From Octopus bimaculoides (taxonomy: Eukaryota), in contig NC_069004.1 in assembly GCF_001194135.2 (NCBI RefSeq), positions 20,191,029 through 20,255,028 of the forward strand: DNA of 64,000 nt. Reading direction: 5' to 3'. How positions within the stretch are numbered: the first letter of the stretch is position 1; each line of letters begins with the position of its first letter. The notes under the pieces were generated by a model. That model saw only the letters and a program-made list of their open reading frames with translations, was not told the DNA's origin and made no database searches. Below are positions 10,822-22,994 of this stretch, one piece after another. A program made the position numbers and the translations under genes.

Positions 10822-13800
10822 CTAAAAAATTAGGAAAGAAAAAAAAACACATTAAGTTTGCAGCCAGAATGATATCTTAAGTAGAATAAAAATTATTCAA
10901 AAATACATATGTTGTATGTCCTCTCCAAAAGTTACACTTCATATTACAATGCAAAATGCTATTCTTACACGATAATTCAAATTTACCTCTCTTGTCAATA
11001 ATAAAAAGATCCTAAATTGGTTTCATAATTTAGCAAGGTATTTTTCATCAAAATCACTCAAATATTATTAAGATCACAAATATTTGTGGCTGCAACAGAA
11101 GTCAATAGAGTGAAAATAGATGGAAAGAATTTGCCTCTGGTAAACATTACAAATGAAAAGCTATTTAACTAATTGTGAGGTATAAAACATTTATGGACAA
11201 CTGAAAATTCATAAATCTAAAGAAATCCATAGCACATATATAAAGATTTTCCCAAACCATCTGATCTGAAATTGCAAGATGAACATCAAGTACTTGACAA
11301 TAAGTAATTTGTTGGTCATCATTAAAGCCATTATGCAAATTGGTTCCTAGTTTCATAAGAGGTGACAGACTTATTTTATTCACATTCCAATATAGAGACA
11401 ATCCTGGTTAGTGATTCTACACAAACATCCCCCACAAATTAGAATTAGAGGTAATGGAATTCTGGATAGACAAATATCTACACATAATTCAAGATAGATT
11501 CTCAAAAGAATTTAAACTAGAAGTTTTAAATCTTAAAAATCTTCACTCTGATGCCATACATAGCGTACCTGTATGTATGTTTACATATTGGCATTTTTTA
11601 AATATCCAATATAAGCTAAAAAGCCCAACATAGTGGTTCAACAAGTGAAAACTACTGAAATAACATTCCTTGTTCAAAAACAAGTGTTGCCTTCAAGAAG
11701 GGCAACTAGTTATGGAATAATGCTTTAAGACTTGACCAACCTATGCTGGTATGGAAAAGCTGATATGAAAACACTGAAAATTTTAATGGATTAGTTCAGA
11801 TGAAGTGCAGCACCTACAACCTTTTACTGGGCCTGAGACTGGTGGAGCAAAGGAATGAAGAAATCACAACTAATTAGTTCTCAGAAGGAAGTAGCACAGA
11901 TCAGAAACTTGTCCTAATAATTGAAACAATAGACTCTATTTTAAAGTTACAAAAAGGACAGGTGGTGGCATTAAACTATGTAACTAACTGAATAAAGCAC
12001 TCAGTTTTGGGCTGTTCCTTCTCATCTTCAAGGATTAGTTTCCAGAGATTATCAAAAATACCTACCCAAGTTACTATGCAATGAGACAATGTGAAACATG
12101 GAATTCAGTCAATAAATTAAAAGAAACATTAACAACCATACATCAAAACAAAACTCAGATGCTAAAAACACAATGAAATACTTCAACTTTCAATGATGAT
12201 AATAGTAAAACATAAAAAAAAAAAAGTCACTAACGTTCTGATCAGTTCCACTGCATCTTCATATTTCATACCACATTCTGTCAATGCTAGAGCTACTAGT
12301 ACAGGAGCCCTGAAAGAAAATGCAAGTTTGAATAAAAATATGGAAATTTATAAGTAAAAGAGAGTGACTAAAAAACATTTAAGAGATAAACTTTCTATAA
12401 AATTAAATAAATAGGCTTTCAATTTCCTAGGAATTTATAAGCCTGAGAAATTAAAGTAATCATTTTAGCTTCAAGTATTCAGTCATCTGCAAGATAGGTA
12501 AAACGAAAAGGGCTTCTAAACACAGGTCTGTCCAGAAACGATTTCATTAACTTAGTATTTTGATATAAGTGTAGGAGGTGAATTAGTCTTTGGCTACTAT
12601 ATAGTACTTCAGTTCCTTTAAAACTGCTAAGTGGAGAATGAATGTCGACAAAGTTATTGGTAGGTAGGCATCACTAAGTGTACATTCAGCTAAGTAAAAC
12701 TGAGGCCATAAAGGTATGTCTATATTTCGCCCCACCCCCATCCCTGTGCACAACTGTCCCCTGGCAAATCTCTTCCCCACAACCCATCTTCCAACGTCTC
12801 CCACTCATTGTATTTCCTTCTTCCCTTTCTTCACAAACCTAACTGCACACAATTTGTCCCTGTTGAATTTCCTCCCATTCTACTAATGCCTCTTTCACTC
12901 TACATGTGCCTACTCATCACACTCCACCTCCCACTAATTCCCAGCCCACTTCACTTCCTTGTAACAGATATGCCCACCCCACCTGAGGCAGCCATAGTTC
13001 TTTTCTCTGTCCATCAATACTACCCCTGCCTCAGTTGAGGAAGTCTTGTCTTGCAAGTTACTTGGTGATCTCATTGCTATTGGTATGTAGAAAGCACCCA
13101 GTACACTGTAAAGTGGTTGGCATTAGGAAGGGCATCTGGCCATAGAAACCATGCCAAAGCAGACAGAAAATCTTGGGACATTACATGATATTTTGTGAAA
13201 GTCAGTATGTGGAAGAATGCAGCAGTTACCAACCCAATTATATAAGCAGCACTCCATTATAAGAAGTGTTTATGCCTAGTTCATGACTCTAGTATTCCAA
13301 GGATCTGAAGAAGAAACTTCTTTTACAAGGCAACTGTAGTACTAATTGTTGTACATGAAAAAGGAAAACCACCCATTATTGTCAGGCTTAAAATGTATGA
13401 TGTGTGTAGATTTCAATGTAAAAGTTTGAAATTCTTTTTTTATTTTGGTTCACAGTAACAGAGTATCATTTTTGCCGTTGTACTGTAGTTGCTGTTTTAC
13501 ACTAGTAGCCACAATAGTTACTAGCTACCATTGTATCTCTTCATACCAGAATAGTAATACACTAACTTGTTTTATTATTGCTGATAGATCCACAAGACAC
13601 CGACTAGAACTGTTGACTCTCAACCCTCTCTTGACAACCAGCTACTGGTCTATTTATAATGGCTGTTTCCTCCAACTTTTTACTGGGAGGGATATACAGT
13701 TTCACCATATCACACACACAAATGCTGGATGTTAAGGACAAACCTTAAAAGCTAGAAAAATTTAGAAAAACTATTACAGTGAAGGTGAAAATAGCTATGA

Positions 13801-16800
13801 CAAATGTAGACCAGAAAAGATAGATAGGGGATCAAAAAAGCATACCTTCCAAGTCCAGCTACACAGTGTACAGCAACGCAGCAGCCAGGATCTTCTCTGA
13901 AACGTGCTTTTAAAAGATTTAACCAATCATCAATCACATCCATAGGCGGGTGGCTCCCATCATCAAATTTCCAATCCTGTAAAAACAAAGAAATGTCATT
14001 TGTACACATTTTGAACTATTGGAAGGGAGGTAAGTTTGTTGGTTTTTGCATGAGCTGGAATGAAATTTGGTAAGATGCAACGATTGTTGGTGTTCATTCA
14101 GAGTGTGACTTTTAGTTATGTCACTATCACCTCCCCAGGTAGGATGAACACAACTAAGTTGATTACAGGTACATGTTGCTACACATATTTACAGGATATT
14201 GATTCCTGCTCATCAATTTCCTATCTCAGAACTGAATTTGTGCTCCACTGGAGCCCTATAACTTGGAGGTTACAAAGTATTACCAAAACTTTTTCTTGGT
14301 ATGACGAGGCTAGCATTAGCCTGTTGATAAGCATACCTTGTGATTTCACCTCTAATCCCCAACAAAAATTAAAGCAAATATAATGGGCTTTGATTTTAAG
14401 TTTAACAGTTCTATTGCTCAGAATCAATAAATGTCAATGTTTCTTTAGCTTAGAGATTATACTAAAATATCACTGATTATTTTCTCCAAATTCAAGCTCT
14501 CTCTCTCTAAATCATTGAGAATAAATAAATTATAGCAGAAAAAGAAAGTCAAATTTTATTGGATAAACAGCATATGATGTAAATAGGCCATTGTTTTTTT
14601 TTTTTATTAAAAAGTTTCACTTTATTTCTAACCCAGAAAAAAAAAAGTAATGTCCCTGTTTTGTAGGTAGAGGACCTTTGAGAACTGTGGTTACATGTAA
14701 TTCAGCAGCAGTTCAGGAAATGCATTATAAAAATCAATATTCTGCTAGTCTACACATGAAATTCTTTAACTGTGGAACAAAACTGAAGAAAATCTATTTT
14801 GAGTATACTTACATTTTATAGCTTGTAAGGTAAATTGAATGATAATTCTTTTTTAAATTGAATTTTTTTTCTGAGGTACAGAGGGTTTGTTGAAGATTTA
14901 TGAATGCAGTATTTTACAAACAGATATCCTTCCTATCATTAACTCATGTATTTTCCAAGGGATGGTTTCATGTTCAGGTCCACAGCATGGTACATTATGC
15001 AAATATCACCTACTACAGCCCCAGGCTGAACAAAGTCTAGTGGTAGGCAGAACCAGAACACCCAGTCTGTATGTGTGTCTCTTTGTTTTAACACATGACA
15101 AGTGTAAATGTATATCACTGTCATCCATTCCCAATATTGTGCAAGACATCTATGTCTGGCCACCGGGAAATATCTCACTCAGAAACTGGTGAGGTTTAAC
15201 AGAAAGGACATCTGGCCATAGAAAAGCTGGCTCAATAAATTCCACTCGACCTATACAAGAAGAGTAGATGCTAAAACAATGATATATGAGGTGGTATCAA
15301 AAAGTTCCTGGACTAGTTCTGTAGTGTGCCAACAGATGGCAGCATATAGTTGTATGCGCAGTGACCTTCACAAGGCAGTGTGCTGAATAACATCGCTGTC
15401 TTTACTTTGTAAGTTGCAAAATTTGTTTCTGTCTATGACAAAATCAGACTACAGCATATATGCAATCAAAGAGTTAATGTAAAATTTTGCGTTAAACTTG
15501 GAAAGTCTACTACAGAGACATTGAGCATGCTTCAGGGAGCTTACGGCAACAAGGCAAAAGGTTGTAAACAAGGTTTTGAGTGGCACAAACACTTCAAAAG
15601 TTAAAGAACTTCGCTGAAAGACCTGCTATGTGGAGAAAAATAATCAGATTGTACATGAGGATTGTTGGAAGACAATCAACAACATTGCTTATGTTGCTGG
15701 TCTGTTGTATGGGTCCATGCAGGCAATCCTAGCGTCTGAACTGAACATGAGGCATGTCTCTGCCAAGTTTGTCTCTCACCTGCTGACCACTGAGCAGGAA
15801 GAACATTGCGATGAAGTCTGTCAAGATCTTCAGCAGTGACAAGAGTTGGGTCTATGGGTACAACCCAGTGACAAAGCAGCAGTCGTCACAATAGAAGAGC
15901 CCTTCATCACCATGACCAAAGAAGGCATGACAGAGCCACAGCTCAATCAAGAGTATGCTCGTTGTTTTTTTTTTTACATCTATGGCATTGTGCATCAAGA
16001 ATTCATTCCCCCAGGACCAGACCATTGAGAGTTCTACTGCAACGTTTTGAGGGAGAACATTTGGTGAAAGCAACTGGATCTGTGGAGCATGAAGGATTGG
16101 ATTCCTCGTGATGACAATGCGTCCTGTCACTGAGCTCTCCTCACTTGTGAGGTTCTTGCCAAGAACAACATGGTATTGCTTCTGCACTCACCCTTTTTGT
16201 TAGATTTAGCACCTGTGGACTTCCATGTGTTCCCCAAGATAAAAATGCAGTGCAAAGGTTGCCATTTTAACACCGTTGTCAAGATCCTGAGTGAATCGCA
16301 GAAGGTCCTAGACTTGCTTACAGAAAACTACTTCCAGGCTGGATTCAAAAAGTGGCAGGAATGCTGGGACTGGTGTATTGCTATGCAAGATGACTATTTT
16401 GAAGGAGATGATGTTAAAACTTGGGTAAATAAGTTATTTTTTATTAAACATAACTAGCCTGGGAACTCCTTTGTACATCAACATATCTAGACAGAAGACA
16501 AAAAGCTATTAATGTTTGTCACTGCACAGGTCTAACATCACGTGTGCTCTTAATTTATTCCACATTCTTGTTTCTACTAACAATAATGGAAGATGTTTTC
16601 ATGGAATTTAAGTTACAACTTAGTTTGTGATATCCTTTTGTCACTTTGCCTATCCTACTGTCATTTGGTTGAAAGGGTTAAGTAAATCTTGAATAAATCT
16701 GTTTGTACATTCAATAACATGTCGTATAGTACTTCATAAATTTTCATTGATTTGCTTCTCAACAATGCACTTATCAATGTAAGATAATGTATGTTATGTA

Positions 16801-19800
16801 AATTACGTAAACTTTGGAATTATCAAATGTATTGATAATGTACCCAAATGGTACTTAGCTCCTTCTTATGGAAGAGGGAAACCTAGGAAGTCTTGGGAAT
16901 AAGTAGTGAAAGATGTTGAGATCCCTAGATGCGTAACAAAGGAGTGAGAATTTGTAATTTGCTGTGCTCAAGACCCATCCATAACAGCAAATAAGTTTTA
17001 AAAACATTTTGCTCATGCTTGTATGCACTGTCCCTATACTCATGCTGCTCCATCAAGCATTCCCCACATCTTACCTCCCTACCTACCCCTAACAACCATT
17101 CCACCTTCACACACATTACATTCCCTATTTCCTTGTGCTATTTGTTGCTGCCTTCACCCCACCACCACATGTATTCCTCATTCTCATTATTATCCCCTTC
17201 TTGTGCTTCCAGATATCCACCTCCCCATCCTCTGCCCTATCATTCCCTGCACCTTCTCATGTCCATTACTCCTATGCCTTGCTCATCTCTTCCCTGAACT
17301 ATCATTCCTGAGCCACTCCTGTCTTTCTCCACTTACACCTCATACATTTCACATGAAGCCATATCTACACTCCTGTTCATTATTCACTACATTCATCTCT
17401 AACAATCTGTTATTCTCCCCTCACACTCTTATAATTGCCCATATCATCTCTTAAAGGTTTTGCTCTGGCACCCTATCACTACAATCTTACACATCCCCAG
17501 ATACTCTTACCCACCCTTATACGAGTGCAGGGTAGCCATGTATTCTCATTAGCAAGACACCACTGTTTGTCCCTGATATAAAAATCACCTCTCCACTATC
17601 GTCGTGAGGGCCTTTTTTTCTTGTCTTTTCCTATCTTGCAAGTCGTTTGGCAATCCCAATAGTGCTGGGAGAGGAGGGGGAAAAGTAAGTACACACACCA
17701 AATACACACTGTAAAGTGGTTGATTAAAAAAAGTTCTCAGGCCATAGAACCCAAGCTAAAGCTAACATGTAGCATTATGCAACCATGTGGCTCACTGAAA
17801 GCTATCTAAATATTGGAAAAGAATTACTTGGACACACAGCTGCAATGGAGACTATGAAGCCGTGTCCAGCATGAAGGGATATAGCAAGCATTTTGACTAA
17901 GTCTGCATGCCAGAATTTATCTCCAAATCTTTGAACAGAGCTTTGGGCTCAATTAAGATAGCTATGTGATGCAGCTGGAAACTGTTCCTGGCTGGAGATG
18001 GTTGCTGCTGGAAGGAAGATTCAGCATTTTGCCATGCCTCCGGAAAGAGTCAGAAGTGGTTGTTGGAGAACTATGACTTCACCAGCCCCAATTTCTGGAC
18101 TCCTAATTCTCCCAGTTGTAATCCCATGTATTAAAAACACCAACTGCTCTACCTGCAATGCCAAAGTTGAGCTAGTGGCCAAGATCAAGGAGGTGTTCAA
18201 AGATCTTCCTGAGGACACAGCAAGGAACACATGCATCAGTTTGTGGAGCTGTTTTGAGTTGGTGGTAGAAGCTGAGGGTGGCTACATTGAGTAAACTGTT
18301 ATCTCCCAGCCATAACCTAGTTGATATTTAAAAAAAAATTTTAATATTTTTTGGATGGGATATTGTTTCCCCTATCTTTTGTATCAAATTTAGCATGAAC
18401 AAACTGTATATACATACAGGTGCATAGGGATGTGTGTAGGTATACATACATATAAAGATGTGTGTGTGTGCACCCTTGCCAAGCAGTATTGTTATTTTGA
18501 AAATAATGGAGGATTTCATAAAATTATCTTGTCATTATTAAACTGGTGCTAGGAACAAAAAATAATGTAAAATTTTGATGGACAGCTTTAATTTAAATCA
18601 TTTTAAACAGGAAGTTTGTATCAGAGCCAAGGGTGGTTTCAGATTGGTTGGTATCAAAAGGGTTAATATGGAAAAATTTTAAGTTCTCCACTTTCAACCT
18701 ACAAACAAACTGCAATTAGAATACACAAGACCCAAGAGGATCTGGGAATAAGCACGAGTAATGTGCAGGCAACTATTATTTTAATTCTAGCATATCACTA
18801 AAAGATATTCATCGTTTGAAGAGGAAAAAAAAAAAAAAACTATTTCATAAAACAAAACATTGCAGACAATAAATCATTACATATATTGACTGGAAGTTTC
18901 AAATTAACTTTCATACTTACATACACCTTGATTCCTTCTGAATTTAATTTCTCTGTTGAATATGTTGGTTCACATACTCTAACCACATCTTTGGCACCAC
19001 GAGATTTTAGTTCCTGCAACATAAAAAAATTTATTGATGCCAATAACATAACTACATAAGCACAATAGTGTTCCTTAAGTAAATCTAAAGTTTTAAGTTC
19101 CCATGACATTTTTTCAATACAAAGATTTTAAAAATACTCGATAAATTTTAGCAACAAGTTCTAAATTTTAGATTAGCATGTGTATACAAACTATCATAAA
19201 CTTAGAAGGTACTACTAATGAAATAAATGTAGTCAATAAAGTTGGTCAATGGTAATGAAATCATTATATAATGATTTAAATAAGAGTATTTAAAACCTAA
19301 AATCACGATAGAGATGGCAACAAAATCTAGAATCAAGGTAGATATGACAGCTAAACCAAGAATTAGGTCTTAGGGTAAACTTAGCAAAGACAATGGTTTT
19401 AGTAAGTAGGAAAGAAGATAAGCCCTTAGTACCTTCAAAGAAATGGCCTTGCATGATATGTAGAAAAGGAGTAGGTATAAACTCCAAACTCCATGCCCAA
19501 TGTTAGCAATGGGTACACAAGTGCTGTAATAGAATCATGGGCAGACCAACAAAGAAAGTAAGCTTCGTGTGTGATAGATGCACTGGGGCAATACATATAA
19601 TGAGCACACTGGAGACAGATTTTCTTCAAAGCCCAGATGGCTCACAAGAAGTAGTTGATAATTTTTGTTACTTTGGAAGGAAATGAAGTGAGCAAGTCCC
19701 ACTGGATGTGCAGTGTGAGTGTGCATGAATGACAGTACAAATGTACTGAGAGAAACAGGGCATAAGAGGAATCAGATGTAGTATGCAAGACTACACTGGT

Positions 19801-22523
19801 AGACATGTCATGCATATGAATGAAGACAGCAGCATAAAGTGCTGATCACTTAGATGTAGATGAATCTTGTGGTAGAGGGAGACATGGGATGAAATGGTGA
19901 TGGTTGATCTTGGGACCTTGAATCTCATACAGATGACAAAGAATATGGATGATTGGTGATATGCAGTTCTAAAGATCCACCCACTTTGCTCAAACTGAGT
20001 TCCGGAAGCACCACTTGCACATAAATATGCATGACTGAGTTATTCACTCAACTTCCTCCTCAAGATGTTCCCATTAACCATCCTGTCTAACTGCAGCTCA
20101 TCCTTGATAGCATTTCCACCACTACTATACATCTCTCATTCTACTCTTGCATTATGCTTGCCTCTCTGTCTTGCATTTTCTTTGATAAACTTCCCAACCA
20201 TTTCTTGTCCTTTCCATGTCGACTGTACCATCACAACTATTTCACTGCTCTCACCACTTCGTTTTGGCAGTCACTCATTCCCTACCCACTCCTATTCATG
20301 TATTATTAGTCATGCTCACCTTTTATCTACCATTCACTAGCCTCCCCCCCAACCCTACTCAATCTTTAAAGTTATTATCTACCTCTCACCCATTCTCAAT
20401 CCCCCCACCCCACCCCGATACACTCTTGCAACCTCCAAACACCTACATTCCTGGTTCTTCTAACTTCATTACTTCCACCCAGACACCTCATTACTACCAT
20501 TATCTCTTTCCAGCTCCACCTGATCACCCCAACTGCCTTTTCTAAAATATGAGAAGTCATGTAGTTCCTTTACAGCAAGAANNNNNNNNNNNNNNNNNNN
20601 NNNNNNNNNNNNNNNNNNNNNNNNNNNNNNNNNNNNNNNNNNNNNNNNNNNNNNNNNNNNNNNNNNNNNNNNNNNNNNNNNNNNNNCCAACTGCCTTTTC
20701 TAAAATATGAGAAGTCATGTAGTTCCTTTACAGCAAGAAACCTGTACTGCTCAGGTTTCTTCTTTCATACTTTAAACCTTCATCTTCTAGCACAACCCTT
20801 GCCCCTTGGGGTTAAGTCTTGTAAACTGTGTGGTGACCTTACTGGTGCTGATACCATGAAAAACTGCACCCTCTAAACACTGTAAAGTGGTTGGCATTAG
20901 GAAGGGCATCCACCTGTAGGAACCATGCCAAAGTTGACACCAGAGCATGATGCTGTCTTTGAACCCATTAGATCTTGTCAAACCAACCAGGTCATGCTAG
21001 CATAGAATATGGATGTTAAATGGTGTAAGTTTTAATCATAGATTATGAAATCAATTGAATATCACTTTAAATGCACACTTTTTCCAGCATATAATAAGTT
21101 GTAAATGAAGCTTCTCTCAAGTTAAATTCTTGAACAAACAGCCACATGGTTCAGAAATTTGCTTTCATTTTGACTAAGTAGCACTTTAGGCAAGTGTGTT
21201 TTTACTATAGTTGTAGACTACTCAATGCTTCATGTGTAACAGAAACTCTTCACAAGCCTTATGTGTACATATAGGCTTACTGGTGGTAAACCATACACTA
21301 GTTGATCCTTTTAGGCCAAAAGTTAAAACTCCACAATTTGTTCAGCCAGTGAGAGCTTTTATAGTTCTAGATAATGATGCCTGAAAACAAAGTGGGGTGG
21401 TCACAGATGACCACTTTCTTTAAATTGTATGTGATTCTCTTGACAGTTTCAATGATTATACTATAATTTGATTTCTGCTGATTTTTTCTAGATAGGAATA
21501 AAGAGAGAATTATAAAGTTGTAATGTTCACATCTTTTCCTCAAAAGAATATAAATGAAACAAAACAGCTTCAGCTTAGAATAATAAACAGGTTATTGAAC
21601 TGGATTTACAAAAAACTCCACATTTGTCAAGAACATGACTTGTTTATATCTTTTGTTTCAGTCATTAGACTGTGGCCATCACCTTGAATTTTTAATTTGA
21701 ATGAATGAATCAACCCCCAGTATTTTTTTTTTAAGCCTGGTACTTATTCTTCTTATTTTGTGTGTGTGCACACACACAAAATTTGGTGAAATATGTAGGT
21801 TGTTAGTTATGAAATGGAATGTACAGTGAGTAGCAAAAGTGCCAGTAGCATTGTTGACAATTATCCAACAAAACAATTCAGTAAAAGTAAGCAGCACCAA
21901 CTGTTTGTGGGGAAATCATATTTGTATATTTTTGCATAGTTAATTTGCAATGATGTGAGCCATATAACTTAAATGAATTGTTTCTTTAGTTTATGAAATA
22001 GCTCTTTTGGTTTATTGCATTTTCAATCTTTCTGAAGACTGGTTAAATCCAAAAACTCAGGTATTTAGAACTTTATAACTGAATGCTAACTTGTGAAGAT
22101 GGAGTAATGTCCCTTCTCATTCAGTATGCTATATTTGCACTTTGGTTTGATAATAAAAAGCCCATTTTATTGAGTTTGTTGTGAAATGGCAACATTTTTC
22201 TTTGATAATTTTTTGGTGATCTTGCACTGTTTTTTTTTCTTTTGATAGCTTTAATTTCGGTTATAACTTTCATATTTTGCTTCCATTAAAAAGTAAACCT
22301 ACTCAATCAGTGCATGTACAAAATTAAGGTATACTCATTTTCTCATTGAAAAAGCTTAGGTAGATATATAAACTTATGAAAAGACAAAAAGAAGAAAAGT
22401 TTAAAATCTTACTTCAATGAATTTATCCAAGGTCCCATCTGTTGGCCGGTCCATTATCAGAAACCTCATATGTTTGTGAGAAATTTCAGCAGGTTCAGGC
22501 TTTATGGCCCTTGTAGCTCTCAT
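10713..22523 (-). CDS. PTP4A1: PRL-family protein tyrosine phosphatase type IVA (PRL-1-like), 5 coding exons, 172 aa
   Basis: Spliced translation: [172 protein letters not shown]. Exons of 111+93+131+75+109 nt join in frame with GT-AG junctions. Hallmark PRL motifs are [18 protein letters not shown], polybasic tail and CCxx. The symbol denotes the family: an invertebrate PRL would be co-orthologous to PTP4A1/2/3. Confidence 0.96.
12235..12309 (-). CDS. PTP4A1: PRL coding exon 4: (R)[24 protein letters not shown](T)
   Basis: Acceptor TTTTCTTTCAG, donor GTTAGT, 75 nt, phase 2/2. Confidence 0.95.
12720..13170 (+). mobile_element. Pyrimidine-rich body plus RTE-type tail (non-autonomous composite repeat)
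   Basis: C/T-rich tract, then linker TTGTCTTGCAAGTTACTTGGTGA (13046-13068), then AAGCACCCAGTACAC...GGAAGGGCATC...AGAAACCATGCCAAAG. Confidence 0.55.
13846..13976 (-). CDS. PTP4A1: PRL coding exon 3 (catalytic): [43 protein letters not shown](R)
   Basis: Acceptor TTTGTTTTTACAG, donor GTATGC, 131 nt. Lies within the ORF 13752-14009. Confidence 0.97.
14950..15284 (+). mobile_element. Old SINE copy: dominant-family head and core joined to an RTE-like tail
   Basis: GGTTTCATGTTCAGGTCCACAGCATGGTAC...CTACTACAGCCCCAGGCTGAACAAAGTC aligns with the SINE core at 27420-27500. The 3' end AAAGGACATCTGGCCATAGAAA...GATGCTAAAACAATGAT resembles the RTE tail. Confidence 0.5.
15285..16485 (+). mobile_element. Mariner (Tc1/mariner) transposon, near full length, degenerate
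   Basis: Imperfect ~33-bp TIRs TATGAGGTGGTATCAAAAAGTTCCTGGACTAGT and ACTAGCCTGGGAACTCCTTTGTACATCAACATA. Transposase remnants [22 protein letters not shown] and [20 protein letters not shown]...[22 protein letters not shown]. Confidence 0.88.
17040..17790 (+). mobile_element. Pyrimidine-rich body plus decayed RTE-type tail (composite repeat)
   Basis: C/T-rich tract, motif GGGTAGCCATGTATTCTCATTAGCAAGACACC (17530-17561), linker TCTTGCAAGTCGTTTGGCA, then ACACTGTAAAGTGGTTG. Confidence 0.5.
17830..18408 (+). mobile_element. Tc1/mariner-superfamily (maT/DD37D-like) transposase 3' fragment
   Basis: [11 protein letters not shown] motif followed by [18 protein letters not shown]...[13 protein letters not shown]. 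Possible terminal ...ACTGTA|TA. Confidence 0.7.
18921..19013 (-). CDS. PTP4A1: PRL coding exon 2: [31 protein letters not shown]
   Basis: Acceptor TTTTTTATGTTGCAG, donor GTAAGT, 93 nt, phase 0/0. Confidence 0.96.
19345..19980 (+). mobile_element. Old RTE LINE fragment (RT C-terminus with PHD-like segment)
   Basis: [35 protein letters not shown]...SFVCDRC. Heavily decayed homolog of 30810-31690. Confidence 0.75.
20040..21025 (+). mobile_element. Pyrimidine-rich body plus RTE-type tail (composite repeat), interrupted by an N gap
   Basis: C/T-rich 20040-20580. Tail ACACTGTAAAGTGGTTGGCATTAGGAAGGGCATCC...CATAGAATATGGATGTTAAATG. Confidence 0.5.
22413..22523 (-). CDS. PTP4A1: PRL coding exon 1 (CDS part): [37 protein letters not shown]
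   Basis: ATG at 22523 in context ATTACCATGA. Donor GTAAGA. Homologous to the PRL N-terminus (RPAPVEV...MRFLI..NPT). Confidence 0.93.
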
Positions 22524-22719
22524 GGTAATTTATTGTTTGGTCGATGTATGGAATTGACAATAAGAAAAATAATTAGAGCAAACAGCTCTGCAATCCTGCC
22601 AAAATGGTGGTTACTGAAAGAAATCCACCACAAAAATTGGTGGATCAGTAAGAGCACCTGTTTTTGGTTTCTAAGCACCTAGTAGTGGTTAAGGATCGAC
22701 AGTTGGGTACGCTCCCCAG

Positions 22720-22806
22720 CTAGCTGCTGTCTAGCTGTACATCCACTGTAGTTATCCAGTAAAAAGAGAGAAGAGTGAGTACGTTGAAAGCACAAGCTAT
22801 CGCCAT
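22720..22806 (-). promoter_or_regulatory. uORF (28 aa, MAIACAFNVLTLLSFYWITTVDVQLDSS*) in the PRL leader
   Basis: Read directly from the sequence: ATG GCG ... TAG, G at +4. A nested out-of-frame micro-uORF MYS* starts at 22742. Confidence 0.55.
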
Positions 22807-22943
22807 CCAAAAACTCTTCTATCACAAACACTTCAACAGCAAACTTTACGTGATGGAAGGCGCAACAGATTCAAAACTGTCTCCAGTTGTTTTAGAAGTT
22901 TACTTGTTTTCACTTCAGTTGAAACACAGCACTAACACCACTA

Positions 22944-22994
22944 TTACACGTGTTGCGCCTGGCAGAAATCTCCACTGTTGGTCACAAACTCCAT
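22944..22994 (-). promoter_or_regulatory. uORF (16 aa, MEFVTNSGDFCQAQHV*) in the PRL leader
   Basis: Read directly from the sequence: ATG GAG ... TAA, 27 nt after the proximal acceptor. Confidence 0.5.

Noticed and set aside
20529-20739. 53-bp direct repeat flanking an N gap
   Set aside because: Identical sequence on both sides of a gap, typical of an unmerged contig overlap.
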